A stretch of DNA of 64,000 bases from Cercozoa sp. M6MM (Eukaryota; Protista; Endomyxa: Ascetosporea): NCBI GenBank assembly GCA_040357565.1, contig JBDODJ010000019.1; one strand, given 5' to 3'. This document shows positions 1 to 13,059 of the stretch, one piece after another. The notes below the pieces were generated by a model. That model was not told where the DNA came from. It did not search any database and worked only from the letters and a program-made list of their open reading frames with translations. The position numbers and the translations under genes were made by a program. Every line of letters starts with the position of its first letter. Position 1 is the first letter of the stretch.

Positions 1-213
1 GTCGGTGGCACTTTGCGTGCCAGGTGCACCCAGAAACATGGTCTGCATCTGCATCAAGGCACACGTGCAGACTTAAGTGGCTCGTTACATTCACGAAAGC
101 ACAAGCGTTGTACCGCCCTTCCGTCTGAGCGCATGGTTTGCACGACAGAAATCTGTGAACTCGAGCCGTCCGACGATGGCAGAGTAACGCGGTGCTGCCT
201 GCGTCACCACTGA

Positions 214-570
214 CTATGCAGACTTGGGACAGCACACGGACAAAGCCAAAAGGTACACTTCGGGCGCGTATTTGAACTTGCGGCGACTCTTCCGGCCCAT
301 ACCATCACTGCGTTCTTCTTTCTTCTCCTGTCGTTTGGCATGGTAAAAGAAGCAATCCCGACCTCGCGCACAGTAGCCTGCTCGCCAGTGTCTGGGAGCA
401 ACAAAGATTGTCTTAAACTTAGATGAAGAAAAGACAAAACGACGTACTTGCAAGGGATCGTAGATTCTTTCTTCTTCTGTTTTCTTTGTGTCGCTTGTCG
501 AAACGTTGGCTGATACGGTGGCATCTTCAAAGTCCTTGAAGTAGTAACACACTTGCGAACACCCTGACAC
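214..570 (-). CDS. Small protein or exon with a degenerate CCCH-type zinc finger (possibly a fragment)
   Basis: KFKT...HWRAGYCARGRDCFFYH resembles the KYKT-C-x8-C-x5-C-x3-H pattern, but the first Cys is missing. Gene structure is unresolved. Confidence 0.3.
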   Translation of the reverse strand: MSGCSQVCYYFKDFEDATVSANVSTSDTKKTEEERIYDPLQVRRFVFSSSKFKTIFVAPRHWRAGYCARGRDCFFYHAKRQEKKEERSDGMGRKSRRKFKYAPEVYLLALSVCCPKSA

Positions 571-650
571 CGGACGACGGTGCGCAAACCGGTGAGTAAT
601 TAGTTTTAATACTTATCATGAGCGCCGGGAAGGATACAATGGTCGCCAAA

Positions 651-790
651 CAGAAATTCACAAAACGGCGACCTTGGCATCATTGTTTAGATGCAACGAA
701 ATGCTTGAAATACTCGCAGTATTATTTAAGTTTGGTGGCTGTTCTGAGAACTGCTATGAGCGAAGCGGACTGTCAATGAGTGACTCGGGT
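651..790 (+). repeat. Dispersed repeat, copy 1 (inverted copy at about 62395-62522)
   Basis: 734-777 matches the reverse complement of 62404-62447 at 42/44. TCATTGTTTAGAT (680-692) and CAGAAATYCACAAAAC are also shared. Confidence 0.8.
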
Positions 791-2084
791 CTCGCACGCG
801 AAATAATTAGAGATTCATTCCTTGGCATGCTCAGGGTGGGCTGCGTGCTAAGTGAACATCTGTGCGGTTGTTTAGTTCTTGTGTTTCGCTAATCTAGGAA
901 GATTGGTGTTGAGAGAATAATTGTTGATCACCTCGTTTAGGGATATCCATGGGGGTTTCGGGTGGTAAGGGGGCTTCAAACCACCTCTGGCTACAAGCAT
1001 GTCAGTTGGCTTTCCTGGCCCATTTTAGTCCTGATCGTGGGAGAAACGCTTCAAAAAATGCCCCAAGATTCGACACTGTTTTGGATTTGTCCTGAAAGCC
1101 ATGACACGTTCACAACTAATGCAAGATTGAGCTGCGATTCGACGTGCCCCTACTCACTCGCCAGTACCTTCACCTTGCAGTTTTGTCTTGAGTTGGTTTG
1201 TTTTAACTGGTTTGTGTGTCAAATGCCACCCAAAACGATGCGGTTCTACCGATTTCAGTACACAGTTGTTACTGCGGCTCAATGGCCCAATCAGTAAGGG
1301 AAAGGAGAGACTAAATAAATAATTCAGTTAGATAAGTCGTCACTCAGTTGAGTCAACGTTAGAACTGAAGGTGAAATACCCCTACTGGGTCTCGAAATGA
1401 TCCCACTGGATCTCGACCGAAGGAAGACGTCCTTGGTCGTAACAATGCGTTTAAGAAAGAAAAACTCCGCCAGGCTGAAGCCGTGACGGAGCTTTCTGCT
1501 TCTCTGCAAGGACTCTGTCCACGCAAGATCAAGCCAAAACACTCTTAAACTTCTCTCCAGTCTCAAACTTGTTTGAGACATAGATAATGACCTCCGCGCG
1601 GACGGGTCAGAGCAATGACTACTGAAGATGTGCAGTATCACAGTACTCGCATGCTGCTTGACTTACTGTTCCAACAGTGAAACTTATTGTTGGTTAACAT
1701 CTTTATCAAAATCAGAATGGAAGTCTGTACTACGTAGGCAGTCTTGAATTCTTCTCTTCTCGTCGCCCATCGTCGCCGGCGCCAGCATTCAACACGTGCA
1801 CCCGGGCCTCGACTCCACCAGACGAGAAGCAAAAGTGAAAGGCTCAGTCCGCTTAATCCTATGAAGAGGGGAAGAGCTAGACTCTAATTCATGTCAGCGC
1901 ACAGTACAGCAGGACAGGCAGTACGCTCGTACTGGTCATGTGTATGAATAATAATTTCATGCTCTTATGACCCACCCCAGACTGGTGCAGGGGAACTACA
2001 TAGTTGGTTTCCTAGAAGACTCAACTAACTAATAATTTCATGCTGTCAACTTCTATAGACATATCGCATATTCGACTCGGTAAA

Positions 2085-3962
2085 CTACTTGGACTTCTTG
2101 GTATCGCGCTTCACAGCGGTGGGTGGGTTCTTGAGCAAGTTGTAGTGCTTGCGCCACGCGGCCGGCAGTGTCGGGGTAGATCGGTACGGCACGCCGAACT
2201 TGTTGGCAACACGACGGGTGATCTCGGCGATGTCCTTGTAGTGCGAGAAGTGCACACTGTCCGTGCATATATGATAAACATCAAAGAGGTGTGTAAGCAC
2301 AGTACCCCGGGAACAGGTGGTGCTCGATCTGCGTGTTGAGGCCGCCGGAGAGGTGCAGCGCGAGACGCGAGTGCGGCGCAAAGCTGAAGCTCTCCTCGCA
2401 CTGGTAGGCACCCCAGTCAGTGCTGCGCTGCGGGAGCTGCGACGGCAGCGGCTTGGGTGACTCGGTGCGCGAGGCATCGCGCTCGTCATGCACCTCATCG
2501 ATCTCGTGATTGATCACGAACTGCAGCGCAAAGAAGAGCGAGTGCGCCAGCGTCGTGAGGAACCACACGTGCCAGATCTGGCCGAAGGGCACCAGCACCA
2601 GCGGCATGATCTGGTAGCACAAGCCGAGGATACTGCAGACAATGCCCTCCTCGCGCAGACCCGGCGCATCGTATCGCATGCGGAACGTCACCTGCTTGCC
2701 CGTCACGAGTTCTGCGCACACAGTCACAAGTCCTTCAGGTGTGTACAGTCCAACTGTACTGGAGAGGTACCCTTGATGGCGTTGAGTTGCACGAGCGGCG
2801 TCATAAAGGCGTAGAGCAGCCACGAGTAGATGTGCTGGTACTTGTGGTACCAGAAGCGACGCTGGTTGGCAGCAATCGACTTGATCGGAAAGGCACTGTC
2901 AGAGTCGAACGGCCACTCGTTGCTGCAGACATAACAACTATATACACTTCAACATTCTGTACATAGACATCTATATATATATATATATATATATTATGTA
3001 TATATGATAAGGAAAGCTGAGGGTGATTGTACGTGTAGATATGGTGCGCCACGACATGCTGCAGGTCCCAGTTCGGGGGTGCCCACAGGGCAATCAGCAC
3101 GGTGCCAATGCGGTACCACCAGCGATTCACAGCTGGATTGCGTGAGAGCTATCGATACAGACAACTTGGAGATACAAACCATGGGAGAGGGGCAATATTA
3201 ACAGCAAAGGAAAAGCGTAGTACGGCAAAGTGTGAGCCGCCGTGTGTGGTCTGAACGATGGTCATGCTGCGGCCAAAGGCGTGCAACAAGGCGGCCAGGA
3301 CAGTGCTCCAGTGGAAGCCGTACACCGGTGCCAGGATGAGGATAGCCACGAGCGAGCTGAGCTGTAGCACCACGTTCAGCACGGCGTAGAGCCAGTGCAG
3401 GTTGTCACTTTTCCAGTCAATGCCCTTGTCATCAAAGTGCTGCACCACTTGCTGCTTGAGCACCGAGTAGAACCCGTTCTTGTCGAACGTGAACTTCTGG
3501 CGACCGTAGAACTCCTCCGTTTCCTCGCGGTTTGCAGTGTCGATCTTGGGCTGCTTGTCCTCGGGAGCCAGGTACTTGTTCAGCACGTCCTGCGACGGCA
3601 GGCGCAAGTGGTACGAGTGGAACAGACCCTGCAAACACACTGACACCTCGAACAACCCAAGTCAGAATCACACAGGTCAATACCGAGCAGTCGCGGCCCT
3701 TGCCGAGCCAGAGCGCGTGCAAGCCACCTGGGTGACGGTCAGCAAAAGGCGCAAAGTCGTACGCCTTGCCGTCGAGGTACCACAGGTCCGGGTCGAGCTT
3801 GCCGAACCACTTCTTCTCGACCTGCGCGCTCTTGGTGCGCAGACCGCGCGAGTAGAACTTAAAGGCCAGGGCCAGCATACCCGCCGTCAGCAGCAGAAAC
3901 GCCACGACGCGTGACGAGTCGATGCGCTCGGCCAGCAGCGACAACACTTGCGCCACGACCAT
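2085..3962 (-). CDS. Cytochrome b5-fused front-end (delta5/delta6-like) fatty acid desaturase, 5 exons
   Basis: N-terminal hydrophobic segment, b5 heme motif HPGG, and histidine boxes HGGSH, HVVAHH and QIEHH. Four GT-AG introns restore the frame. Confidence 0.92.
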
Positions 3963-4966
3963 GCTTGACAACACCCTGAAACCACAGACACAGCCGTCAG
4001 TTGCAGCACGCCAACACAAGCGAAAAAAGCAGGCACCACTAGAACAAAATGCGCCAAAATACTCGAGCTTGTTACAACAAGACGTGCCGGGAAAGCCTCG
4101 TGAACTGCGTGGACTTGTCAGCTGAGATATTGTCAAAAAGGCGTTTTCGCGGATGCGCGACACTTGGGACACTGGACTGTACATTTTGCTGTTTGCAATA
4201 GTGCGGTGATTTAAGGTCAAACACGGAAGCCCTTGGGCGCAGCACCACCAGCTAATTAATTTACTCGATTTTTCGCCAATTTCACTGTTTTCTTTCAATT
4301 TTTTATTGACGGCTGGACATCACTCAACGCAATTCAGTTAACGTTTTCAACATGCTGAGCATCGTAGGTAACTCGACGTCTCCGTCGATCACTTGCCCAC
4401 GGCTAGCGGAAGTTCTTTCCACACTTTCCACACGCAGCGGAGTTTCCTGCACGGACCGGTGTGCCTGCAATTTCCAGTACAGCCAGTCGACCAGTCAATT
4501 CCCCAGCCACAGATAAACTCAGAAAGATGCTGACCATCGGCCGAGTTGCGCTTGCAACCCTTGCACATCGATGTTCCACACGATTTGCAATTCTAGGGAG
4601 GCAGATACATACCCTGATGAACTGGCACAATTTTAATCCTAAATACGAAATACGATGGTATCGCTCGTTCCGCAGCCTGACGAATGACGGCACATGTTCG
4701 AAGTCGAGACGGGGGTTCCTTAATCTGCCCTTGCAAACAAGAAACTGCAAAGCTAGCGAGTCGAATGTTTTGATATTCAGCGCGGATGTAGGTTGGACTA
4801 TCTCGTTCGACCCTGGCGTTGTTCACTTTCAGCCCGCTGGGGAATCAAAAACTAAAATCAATCTGGAAAAACTACGACAGCTCAGCCGCGCAGCAGCATG
4901 TCTCCGTGCGTGCAACTTTAATTTAGACAGTGTTCAAGTGAGTGTAGTGTGGGCAAAGTGCAAGAA

Positions 4967-6966
4967 ATGCGGCGCGTCGTGCTGACAGGTATTGGGATGG
5001 TGACGCCTCTTGGTGCCACCGCGCGCACATCCTGGGAGACACTCTGTGCCGGCGGCAGTGGCATAGACTTTCTGGACTTTGGCGATGAGCATGTAGGATT
5101 CAAGGGAGTCCAGTAAAGTATGATGCTGATCTGTGATGCTGACTGTGGCACAGGCAGAGGTGGTGGCGCGTCTGCGGCAGAAGGTGTCGGTGGCGGCACG
5201 TGCGGCCGAGTTCGACGCCAAGCAGTTATTGTCGCTGAACGAACGACGTGGTGCGGCACGATTCGCGCTGATGGCGCAGGTGGCAGCCCGACAGGCGCTG
5301 CAGGACGCGGGTCTGCACGAGCTGAGTGCGCAGCAGTGCCGCCGGACTGGTGTCAGTATCGGCAGCGGCATGGGCGGCGTCGAGGTCGTCGAAGAGAGCG
5401 CGCACCAGCTCTTGTCAGGTCAGCGCGATGTGCGACGAATCTCGCCCTTTTACATTCCGCTTGTGCTGCCCAACACGGCTGCCGGCCTGGTGAGTATCGC
5501 GCACAACCTGCAGGGACCCAACCTCGCTCCAGCCACGGCGTGTGCCTCGTATCCCATCCTCGTGATCTTTCACCTTGCTTTGTGTTGGTGTTACTGGAGG
5601 TGCTTGCAGTGGTGCGCATGCCATCGGCGACGCACTGCGTGTGCTGCAACGTGGCGAGTGCGACATCATGTGTACCTAACCTATGATATCTACCCCTATG
5701 ATATCCCTTGTGTTTATACCCCCCCCCCCACTTGCATCGACAGTGGCTGGCGGTGCTGAAGCAGCTCTAACGCCACTCGCTTTGTACAGTGTCACTTTGT
5801 ACAGTGCCACTTTGTATAGTGTCACTTTGGTCCCTTTCTTTGCTTAGTGTGCTGTATCTGACTGACACAGGGCAGGCTTCGCGGCCTGCAAGGCCTTGTC
5901 GCCGCGTGTGCCACGCGACTCAGCGGAAGCAAGCGAACTAAGCTGTCCGTTCGACCGCAAGCGCGACGGTTTCGTGGCCGGTGAAGGCGCTGCTGTTGTT
6001 GGTAGCTGTGCTTTGTTCTAATAAGGTATATAAGTTATACGAATAAGGTGTACTCATAAGATATACTCATAAGATATACTAATAAGATATACTAATAAGA
6101 TATACTAATAAGGTATACTCATAAGGTATACTAATAAGGTATACTCATAAGGTATACTAATAAGGTATACTAGTAAGGTATACTAGTAAGGTACACTAGT
6201 AAGGTATGCTAGTAAGGTATGTTAGTAAGGTATAATAGTAAGGTATGTTAGTGAGGTATACTAGTAAGGTGTAGTAAGGTATACGAGTAAAGTATACGAG
6301 TAAGGTATGGAGGAGGTGTTAGCGCAGTGCTGGAGACACTGGAGAACTTCCAGCAGCGACGCCAGAGGGACGCGAGTGCGCGCGTGATCTGCGAAGTCGC
6401 CGGCTTTGGCGCGGCGGCCGATGCGTCGCACCTGACGTCTCCCAAAGGCGATGGCGCCGCCTTGGCCATGTCGCGTGCACTGGCTGACTCGCAAATCGAG
6501 TCGATCGATCGTGTCTATCTGAACGCTCATGCCACGTCGACTCCGACCGGCGATGTGGCTGAAGTCGCCGCTGCCAGAAGCGTTCTTCGGCAAGGCGCTT
6601 TCTGTCACACCGCACCCAGGATCGGCGAGGTCGCTGTGGCCTCCACCAAGGGTGCCACTGGACACCTCCTCGGTGCTGCTGGTGCCATGGAGGCCGCCTT
6701 CTCGGCACTCTGCCTGCAGCATCAGCTCACTGTCCCAACGCGCAATCTTGTCGAACTCGACCCCGAAATCGCCGAGCTCGCTCACGATGCTTCCTTTGAC
6801 ATGTACGGACACTCTGTAGTCTGTCTTTGTGAGGGATACACTGTCACACAGGATGGAAGGAACCGACGGTAACGCAAGGTCGTGCGAGTTCGATGTCGCC
6901 ATCAGCAACAGTTTCGGCTTTGGTGGCACCAACACCTCGCTCGTTCTGCGCCGCTTTGTGGAATGA
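4967..6966 (+). CDS. fabF: 3-oxoacyl-[ACP] synthase II (FabF / mitochondrial OXSM-like), multi-exon
   Basis: [36 protein letters not shown] (catalytic Cys), [48 protein letters not shown] introns. An additional upstream exon is possible. Confidence 0.95.
6043..6308. repeat. Intronic minisatellite, 13-bp unit (ATAAGGTATACTA variants), about 20 copies
   Basis: Directly visible tandem array inside a FabF intron. Confidence 0.95.
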
Positions 6967-7329
6967 GCCGAGCTACGTCAGAGTAATTAGTAATCACTCA
7001 TTTACGTCGCAGATCGAGATCTAGCTAAAGCACAGAAGGCCTCGTCTGGGTCCGATAGCATGAGAAGCCAAGAGAAGGAGGGAACTACTGAGATACGACT
7101 CAACTAACTGAGTAATCCGACCTTTACGTGAATAATCGAAGGGAGCTGGGCGGTTGAGAAGTGGGCGGACGGTGCAAGGCCAATTCAGGATTGGGGCATG
7201 GAGAGGAACGAACGTAAATTTACGGTAGCTAACTAACTGGACCTTGTAAAGTACGAATTGGACTTTAAGGTAAGGTGCGGCGGTCGAGCATAATTTTTTC
7301 AGGTCGTCGGCGAGAAGTAGTGACGCGAC

Positions 7330-8103
7330 TCAGAGAATCGGAATTGCGTTCTGCGATTTCGATCCAAGGAGACAAATTAGTTTCACTGAAAGCTGCGGTG
7401 AAACAGTCTGTACATTTTTTGGTGCGACGTCGAGCGAGTACACGACGTGCGTTCTTTCTCGTGACAGAAGCGCGTTTTTTGGTGCGCACACGAGAACGCT
7501 GCCGGAGCATCTCGTTCTTGCTCTTGGCCGCACGAAGATTGATCGATGCCTTCTTTTTCTTGCTTTCACCCGCGAGGCGTCGACAGGCTGCGATAGCTTC
7601 TCGACCGACTTTGCTTCAGCTAGGGGAATTTCGACTCCTTTTTTGACAGAGAGTGCTTCTTTTGCAGCGAGTGCCCCTTTGACATTTGCTGATTCCTTTA
7701 GGAGCATTTTCCGATCAGCCTTCTGCGAGTTTCAAAATTCGGCTTTCGTGGTAATTTTTGATTTACTTTTCCAAGGGGAACGTACCTTTGAGCTGTGCTT
7801 GATATCTTGACGCAAGCGATGCATCAGCGACGCGGATTGCTTTGATTGTGCAGGCAGCTCGAATTTCTCGCGCAACTTGAATTTGCCTTCAGTTTTGAGA
7901 ACAGCAGGCCGCTTTGCCTCTTGCACAGGCGCCTCCTTCTTCTGTCCCGCAACAGACATAGCGACAGGAGGTTTCACGACTTCCTTGGCAACGCTGGGCA
8001 AGTTCAAACCAACAAAGGAGCGCAACTGCTCATACAAGCCTTCGGCCGCAACAAGTCGGAGATGCATGCATCCGACAGCAAGGATCCAGATGAAACGTAG
8101 CAT
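7330..8103 (-). CDS. Hypothetical secreted Lys/Arg-rich protein (2 exons)
   Basis: Signal-peptide-like MLRFIWILAVGCMHLRLVAA. A GTACGT...CTCGCAG intron removes the TGA at 7732 and joins the two same-frame ORFs. Confidence 0.55.
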
Positions 8104-8402
8104 CTCGCGTTTCTTTGAGACTATTGCTTCAGTTGGGAACTCGAATTATTCTTCCACGAGTGTAGTTACGTTTAGGAGTCAACTGTTTCAGAGGGAACAA
8201 GGCGACTGCCTGCAAACTGAACTGAAAAAGCCGTTGGAGCGCAAGAAACGACGACTCCGAAATTCGGACTGAGGTTTCTGACACATTTATCCGAACGCGA
8301 CGGCGAAGTTCACAGTGCACGTACTATCGTAAATAATCGAGACGTTTCATCGCGTTCGCCTTTATTTCGCTTCGCTTGCAAGCGAAGTTCAATCCAACGC
8401 GA

Positions 8403-9295
8403 TCAATGGTGCGGTTTCGGTCTTGCGCGAAACGGTTCGAACACCTTGGTCAGCAGCTGCACGCAGGCACTGCGCCGCACCCTCGTGTTGGTCTGCGCAG
8501 AGTAATGAATCAATGCTGCACTAAAGTATGACTCGAATACTGTACCTGTGTAAGAGGCCGACCACCAAAGTTAGCTTCCGACGCACTGCACCCACATGCA
8601 TACGATTAAGCGGAGGTTTAATATTATAGTAAATCGGGAAAAGCACCTGCCATCATCAAGGAAGTTGTAGGTGCGACTGTCGCGATGCAACAGCGACACG
8701 ACGTAGTTGAACGCAATATCCTCGCAGTTGAGTTCTCTGCTGATGAGATCGCGGACTCGCTGCGGCAGTATCCTCATGTACATGTCCAATGCCCTGTTGA
8801 AGCGATGATATGCGATCGATGAAACTTCAGCAACTGAGGGCATAAAAAAGGCAGCATAAAAGCACCTTTTCGGCACGAAAGCAGCACTCGTTAGAGCCAA
8901 CGCGTGCACCATCTTTCCAGTGCCGTAGAGTCCACAAACTGCAGAACGAAAGAGCTGGTCTCCACTGTTCGGAATAACGGCAGAACTCTACCTTCATCAT
9001 CGTGCCTCCGCCAGCCCATCGGCCGCGTGACTGCGTTCTTCACCGGCATCTGCATGCGAGTCGTGTTTGCAGCTCGAACAACCGCCTCCATTGCACTGCA
9101 CGAGAACCACCGATCGTCGTCGGTCTGTGCACACTCGAGAGGTCCCAGTATTCATGCAACACTCAACACTAATGATACGTTGGCCACGTAGTCAACATCG
9201 CCCAACAGTGACTCGAACTGTGACACTGAGTTCGCAATCTTTCCTTCCGTGCGACGTCGTTGGAACTCGTGTTCCACGCCAAACCTGTCTCCTGC

Positions 9296-9352
<57 letters not shown>

Positions 9353-10313
9353 CAAGACCAGTTTTGGTAGGTGCCAGCACCAGCGTAGGGTGTCCCTTTA
9401 GTGTAAACACCACTGGCGACTCGGGCAACTGCTCCAGGCTGTCCTCGTTGAGACAAGTGTACTGCGAGAGAAGCGCGTCGTTAGTCGCACTTCGTTTGAA
9501 CAAGCGAAACGCTGCTGTGGCATCCATGTCCCACATCGACACCACCACTCGTTCCGTCGTTTTGCACTGCAGCCTCACAACATACACCCTTCTCCTCTGT
9601 GACATACACAGTATGCTGTCTCACTACCTTGAGCATTGCAGGCAAGGCCTTTCGCATGTACCGAGGCAGACGAGCAGAGCCTCCACGCACCAAAGCACTC
9701 ACTGTCGTGACATTATCGAAGTCGTCATTGCTGCTCTGGTGGACATCCAGCCACTCCTCTTGTATCCGTGCGTGCAACTCGGCGTGCTCTGGCTGCACAC
9801 TCGGGATGTGTGTCTCGCTGGCGTACTCTTCGTAGGAGATATCGCTGCCTTTGACACACTGTGTGCTCATTGAGAAAGGTCGCAGCGACGACAAATCTTC
9901 GCTTTCGACATGTTGTGACAGTAAAGCTGCTATCTCGTTCGCTCTGCGAAACAGTCAAGTGGAGTCAAGCCAAGCCAAGATTCGGAAAAGCTATACCTGC
10001 CAATCAGAGCACTCGATGACGTTGGTTCGTATACCGTCGGATCAGGTCGCTTGGTCACTCGCTCGTCGCGCGCGTCAGGACCAGTTGACGCACTTGGAGG
10101 TGGAGTGTGGGATGACAACGACAGGACAAGCTGCTGAATTTCCGCACGCCGTTGGCCCGCCACGAAAAAAGCGACAGCTAAAGCCGACACAAGCAGCAGC
10201 TGCATCAAGATATGCCTGTGTGCAGACATCTGATCTGACCCTTTACAGCATAGAAATTGCCCAGCTGACGTGAATTGCTTCGAGTGATCGACAACATCAT
10301 TTGGTGCTGACAT
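8403..10313 (-). CDS. Glycosyltransferase family 64 (exostosin C-terminal / EXTL2-like), type II membrane protein
   Basis: N-terminal TM (LLLVSALAVAFFVAG), DDD motif (QTDDDRW), LNCEDIAFNYVVS and RRSACV, all typical of GT64. Multi-exon. Confidence 0.8.
9303..9350. repeat. (GT)n microsatellite in intron
   Basis: Directly visible. Confidence 0.97.
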
Positions 10314-10404
10314 CCATTGCTGCCGACCGCTGTGTCAAACCAACTTAAGTAACGTAGTGCATTTTAGGCCTAGTTCCTCGTTTTATTCGTCGTGCAGGCC
10401 GGGG

Positions 10405-11177
10405 TCAGCAGGCGAAGCTCACAAGCATCTGCAGCAGCTCGGCCGTTGGACGCATGTCCTCGCTGACGCGCTCGATGTCGAGCTCGCCTGCGTTGCGCAC
10501 CTGCTTGAGGTTGAAGACGGCGCGAGCGGCGCCGAGAACCACCGAGCGCAGCGGCTCGTTGCGCGGCTCGTTGAAGAAGTCGCGGCCCTGCGTGCCGACA
10601 CGGGCGTCCAGTTCGGCCACGAGGCGGCTCAGCACTCGGTCGGCGTCCTGCGGCTGTTTCTGCTGTCGCAGAGCGCTGGCATAGATGAGCATGCAGCCCA
10701 GGTCGTCGATTCCGAGGTCGTCCACGTAGAGTTTGCCGTACTTGATCTGCACACCAGAGTGTCAGTACACAAGAGTGTGCAGGTATGAGGAGTAAGGTAC
10801 CACAGCATTCGCGTTGCCCTGCTTGTGGAAGACACGCAGCGCCAGCTTGAGCACATCGGGGTCCGAGCGTCGCTCCAGCAGTCCCTTGAGCGTGAAGGCG
10901 GCCTCCTCGAGGTCCTTGTGGTGCGCAAAGGCCACCTTGGCGTGCAGCAGCAGCGTGCGACTGTCGATACCGCGACTCAGTCGCATGGCCTGCTTCACCT
11001 CGGCGTCGGCCTCCTGCCACCGACCGGCGTTGATCTGAACCATACACACACACATATTTATATATACACACATATATATCTACACACACATATATATCTA
11101 CACACACACATATATATATACACACACATATATATATATATATACACACACATATATATTATACACATATATATTAT

Positions 11178-11212
<35 letters not shown>

Positions 11213-13059
11213 AGTACAGACATGTGTATACCAACAACTCGGCCAGGTCGGTGCGTGCGCGAAGATTCTGCGGTCGCAGCTGCGCGAAACGACGCGCTTC
11301 GGCCACGGCCTGGAGCACACAAGAGTGCCACTACCTAGAGATACATAAAAGGCGTGCGAACTGCCTACCTTGTCAATGTTGCCAGAGCGCCGGTATGCCG
11401 ACACGAGGAGCGCCGAGATGCGGCCGTAGTACTCACTTTCGAGACGGCGTTTCTCCACGGCGTCTTGCGACTGCGTCGGAGCGTTGTGCTCGCGTGCCCT
11501 GTGCATTTTGTGTTTGCACAATTCACACGCACAGAGAGTAGGCAAGCTACTCGAGCAGCACGTCAACAGCACGCGTGTACTCACGTTCCGCCATCAGCAT
11601 TCTGTCCAAATCAAAGGAGCCTCGAATTTACAACTGATGGCGACACAACAACATACTCTGCAAGCGGAAGGAAGCAACGCGAGGCCGCGCGAGGCGACGT
11701 GTGCACAGCTTCCTGCATGACCTCGATCGACTCTTTCCGTCGACCCAGCGTCTTCAACGCTTCGCCCTGTGCATTCGCACGCACGAACCATCAGTGCCAA
11801 GACAGGTACAGCAAGAACAAACAGGCACCTGCATGGACTGCAGCAGCACGACGAAATGCGAAGACTTCGCACGCTTCGCGTAGCCCACGGCCTGCTCCAG
11901 AGCGACTAGAGCGAGGTCAGCTCGCTTCAGACCGAGCCTGCAAAAAGGACCGACATATCTACACATATACAACAAATAAAGGTAGCCAAGAGTACAGGTA
12001 GTTCTGCGCGGCATTGGCGCACACTTCGCACACACTCTGCACATACTGCTGATCGATGTTGTCGGCACCAAGCTTGTCCGGGAGTGCCTGCAGGTATCCA
12101 CGTCAACTGAAGTCAAAGCAAGAGAACAGCAGCAGTTGATACCATGAGCAAGTGCGTCACAACATCGGTCGCCGTCGAAAGCGCAAAGTTGCGTGCCTCC
12201 GGGTCGAGGTCACCCACCGCCTTTCAACACAACTTGAGTTGAGAGAAACCCTCATCTCGGCAAAGGACTCAGGTGGTACCTTCTGCTTCATGGCAGCATA
12301 GAGCAGCAGTGTCTCAAGACCTTGTACGTCGACAATTCGCTCGGCAATCTCGCGGCGGTGCGACGGGTAGCCCTTTCCCACAAAGAAACGCAAAGAATGA
12401 CAGGTGAAGTTGGTTGTGTGGAAGCTACCTTGACCATGTTCATCATCTCCTTCAACGTGCTTAGTGCGAGCATGCGCACTGAAAACCACCATCGTTTAAA
12501 GACTCAAGAATGCGCGCGAGAGAGAGAAAAACCTTGCACAGGCTGCTTCTTGTCCAAACCGTCATGAACTGCAAACACGGTGCACTCACAAGCAACAACA
12601 AAAGGAGGCAACAACGAACTGATGATGTCGATGGCGTCTGTGTTGCGCGCAAGCTCGCGCAGAACCAATGGCGACGCCGACAGCTGCAGCAGCTCGACCA
12701 AGGCTGCGCGCGGATACGAGTTGACATCACTCACTCAGAAAACACGAGAAACGTCCAATCTACCAGTTCGTCGTTCACGCGGCGACACTGATCGGTCGTC
12801 GAACTTCTGCAGCAGCGTTCCTAAACACACACACACACACACACACGGCATAATTGTCCACCGGAGTCAATTGTAGCTTTTTTGAGAGACAGCAAAGTTA
12901 CGCACACGACGCGGACCGTGCACCGCAAACTCAGCTTGCATAATCTGTGAGAATACGCACATGTACACACAAGCGTACCCACTCGCAGAGCAACCAACAC
13001 ACCATCGGAAGTCCTTGCTGGGCAAAGGCACGCGCGCTGAGCATGTCCATGAGTGACAT
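10405..13059 (-). CDS. TPR-repeat protein (possibly APC7-like), multi-exon
   Basis: TPR-like helices (GEALKTLGRRKESIEVMQEAV; ARTDLAELL/INAGRWQEADAEVKQAMRL; LLLHAKVAF). GT-AG introns. The start codon and the APC7 assignment are tentative. Confidence 0.6.
11040..11212. repeat. (TA)n/(CA)n compound microsatellite in intron
   Basis: Directly visible. Confidence 0.95.

Noticed and set aside
1324-1832. Coding region or retroelement fragment
   Set aside because: No recognisable motif and stops interrupt the alternative frames, so a call cannot be supported.
6043-6308. CRISPR-like array (also 27936-28032, 32358-32458, 33890-33977)
   Set aside because: These are head-to-tail tandem units with no unique spacers and no cas genes, and they lie in introns.
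7724-7790. In-frame TGA between two same-frame ORFs, suggesting readthrough or a recoded stop
   Set aside because: The TGA lies inside a GTACGT...CTCGCAG intron, and other genes here end normally at TGA, TAA and TAG.
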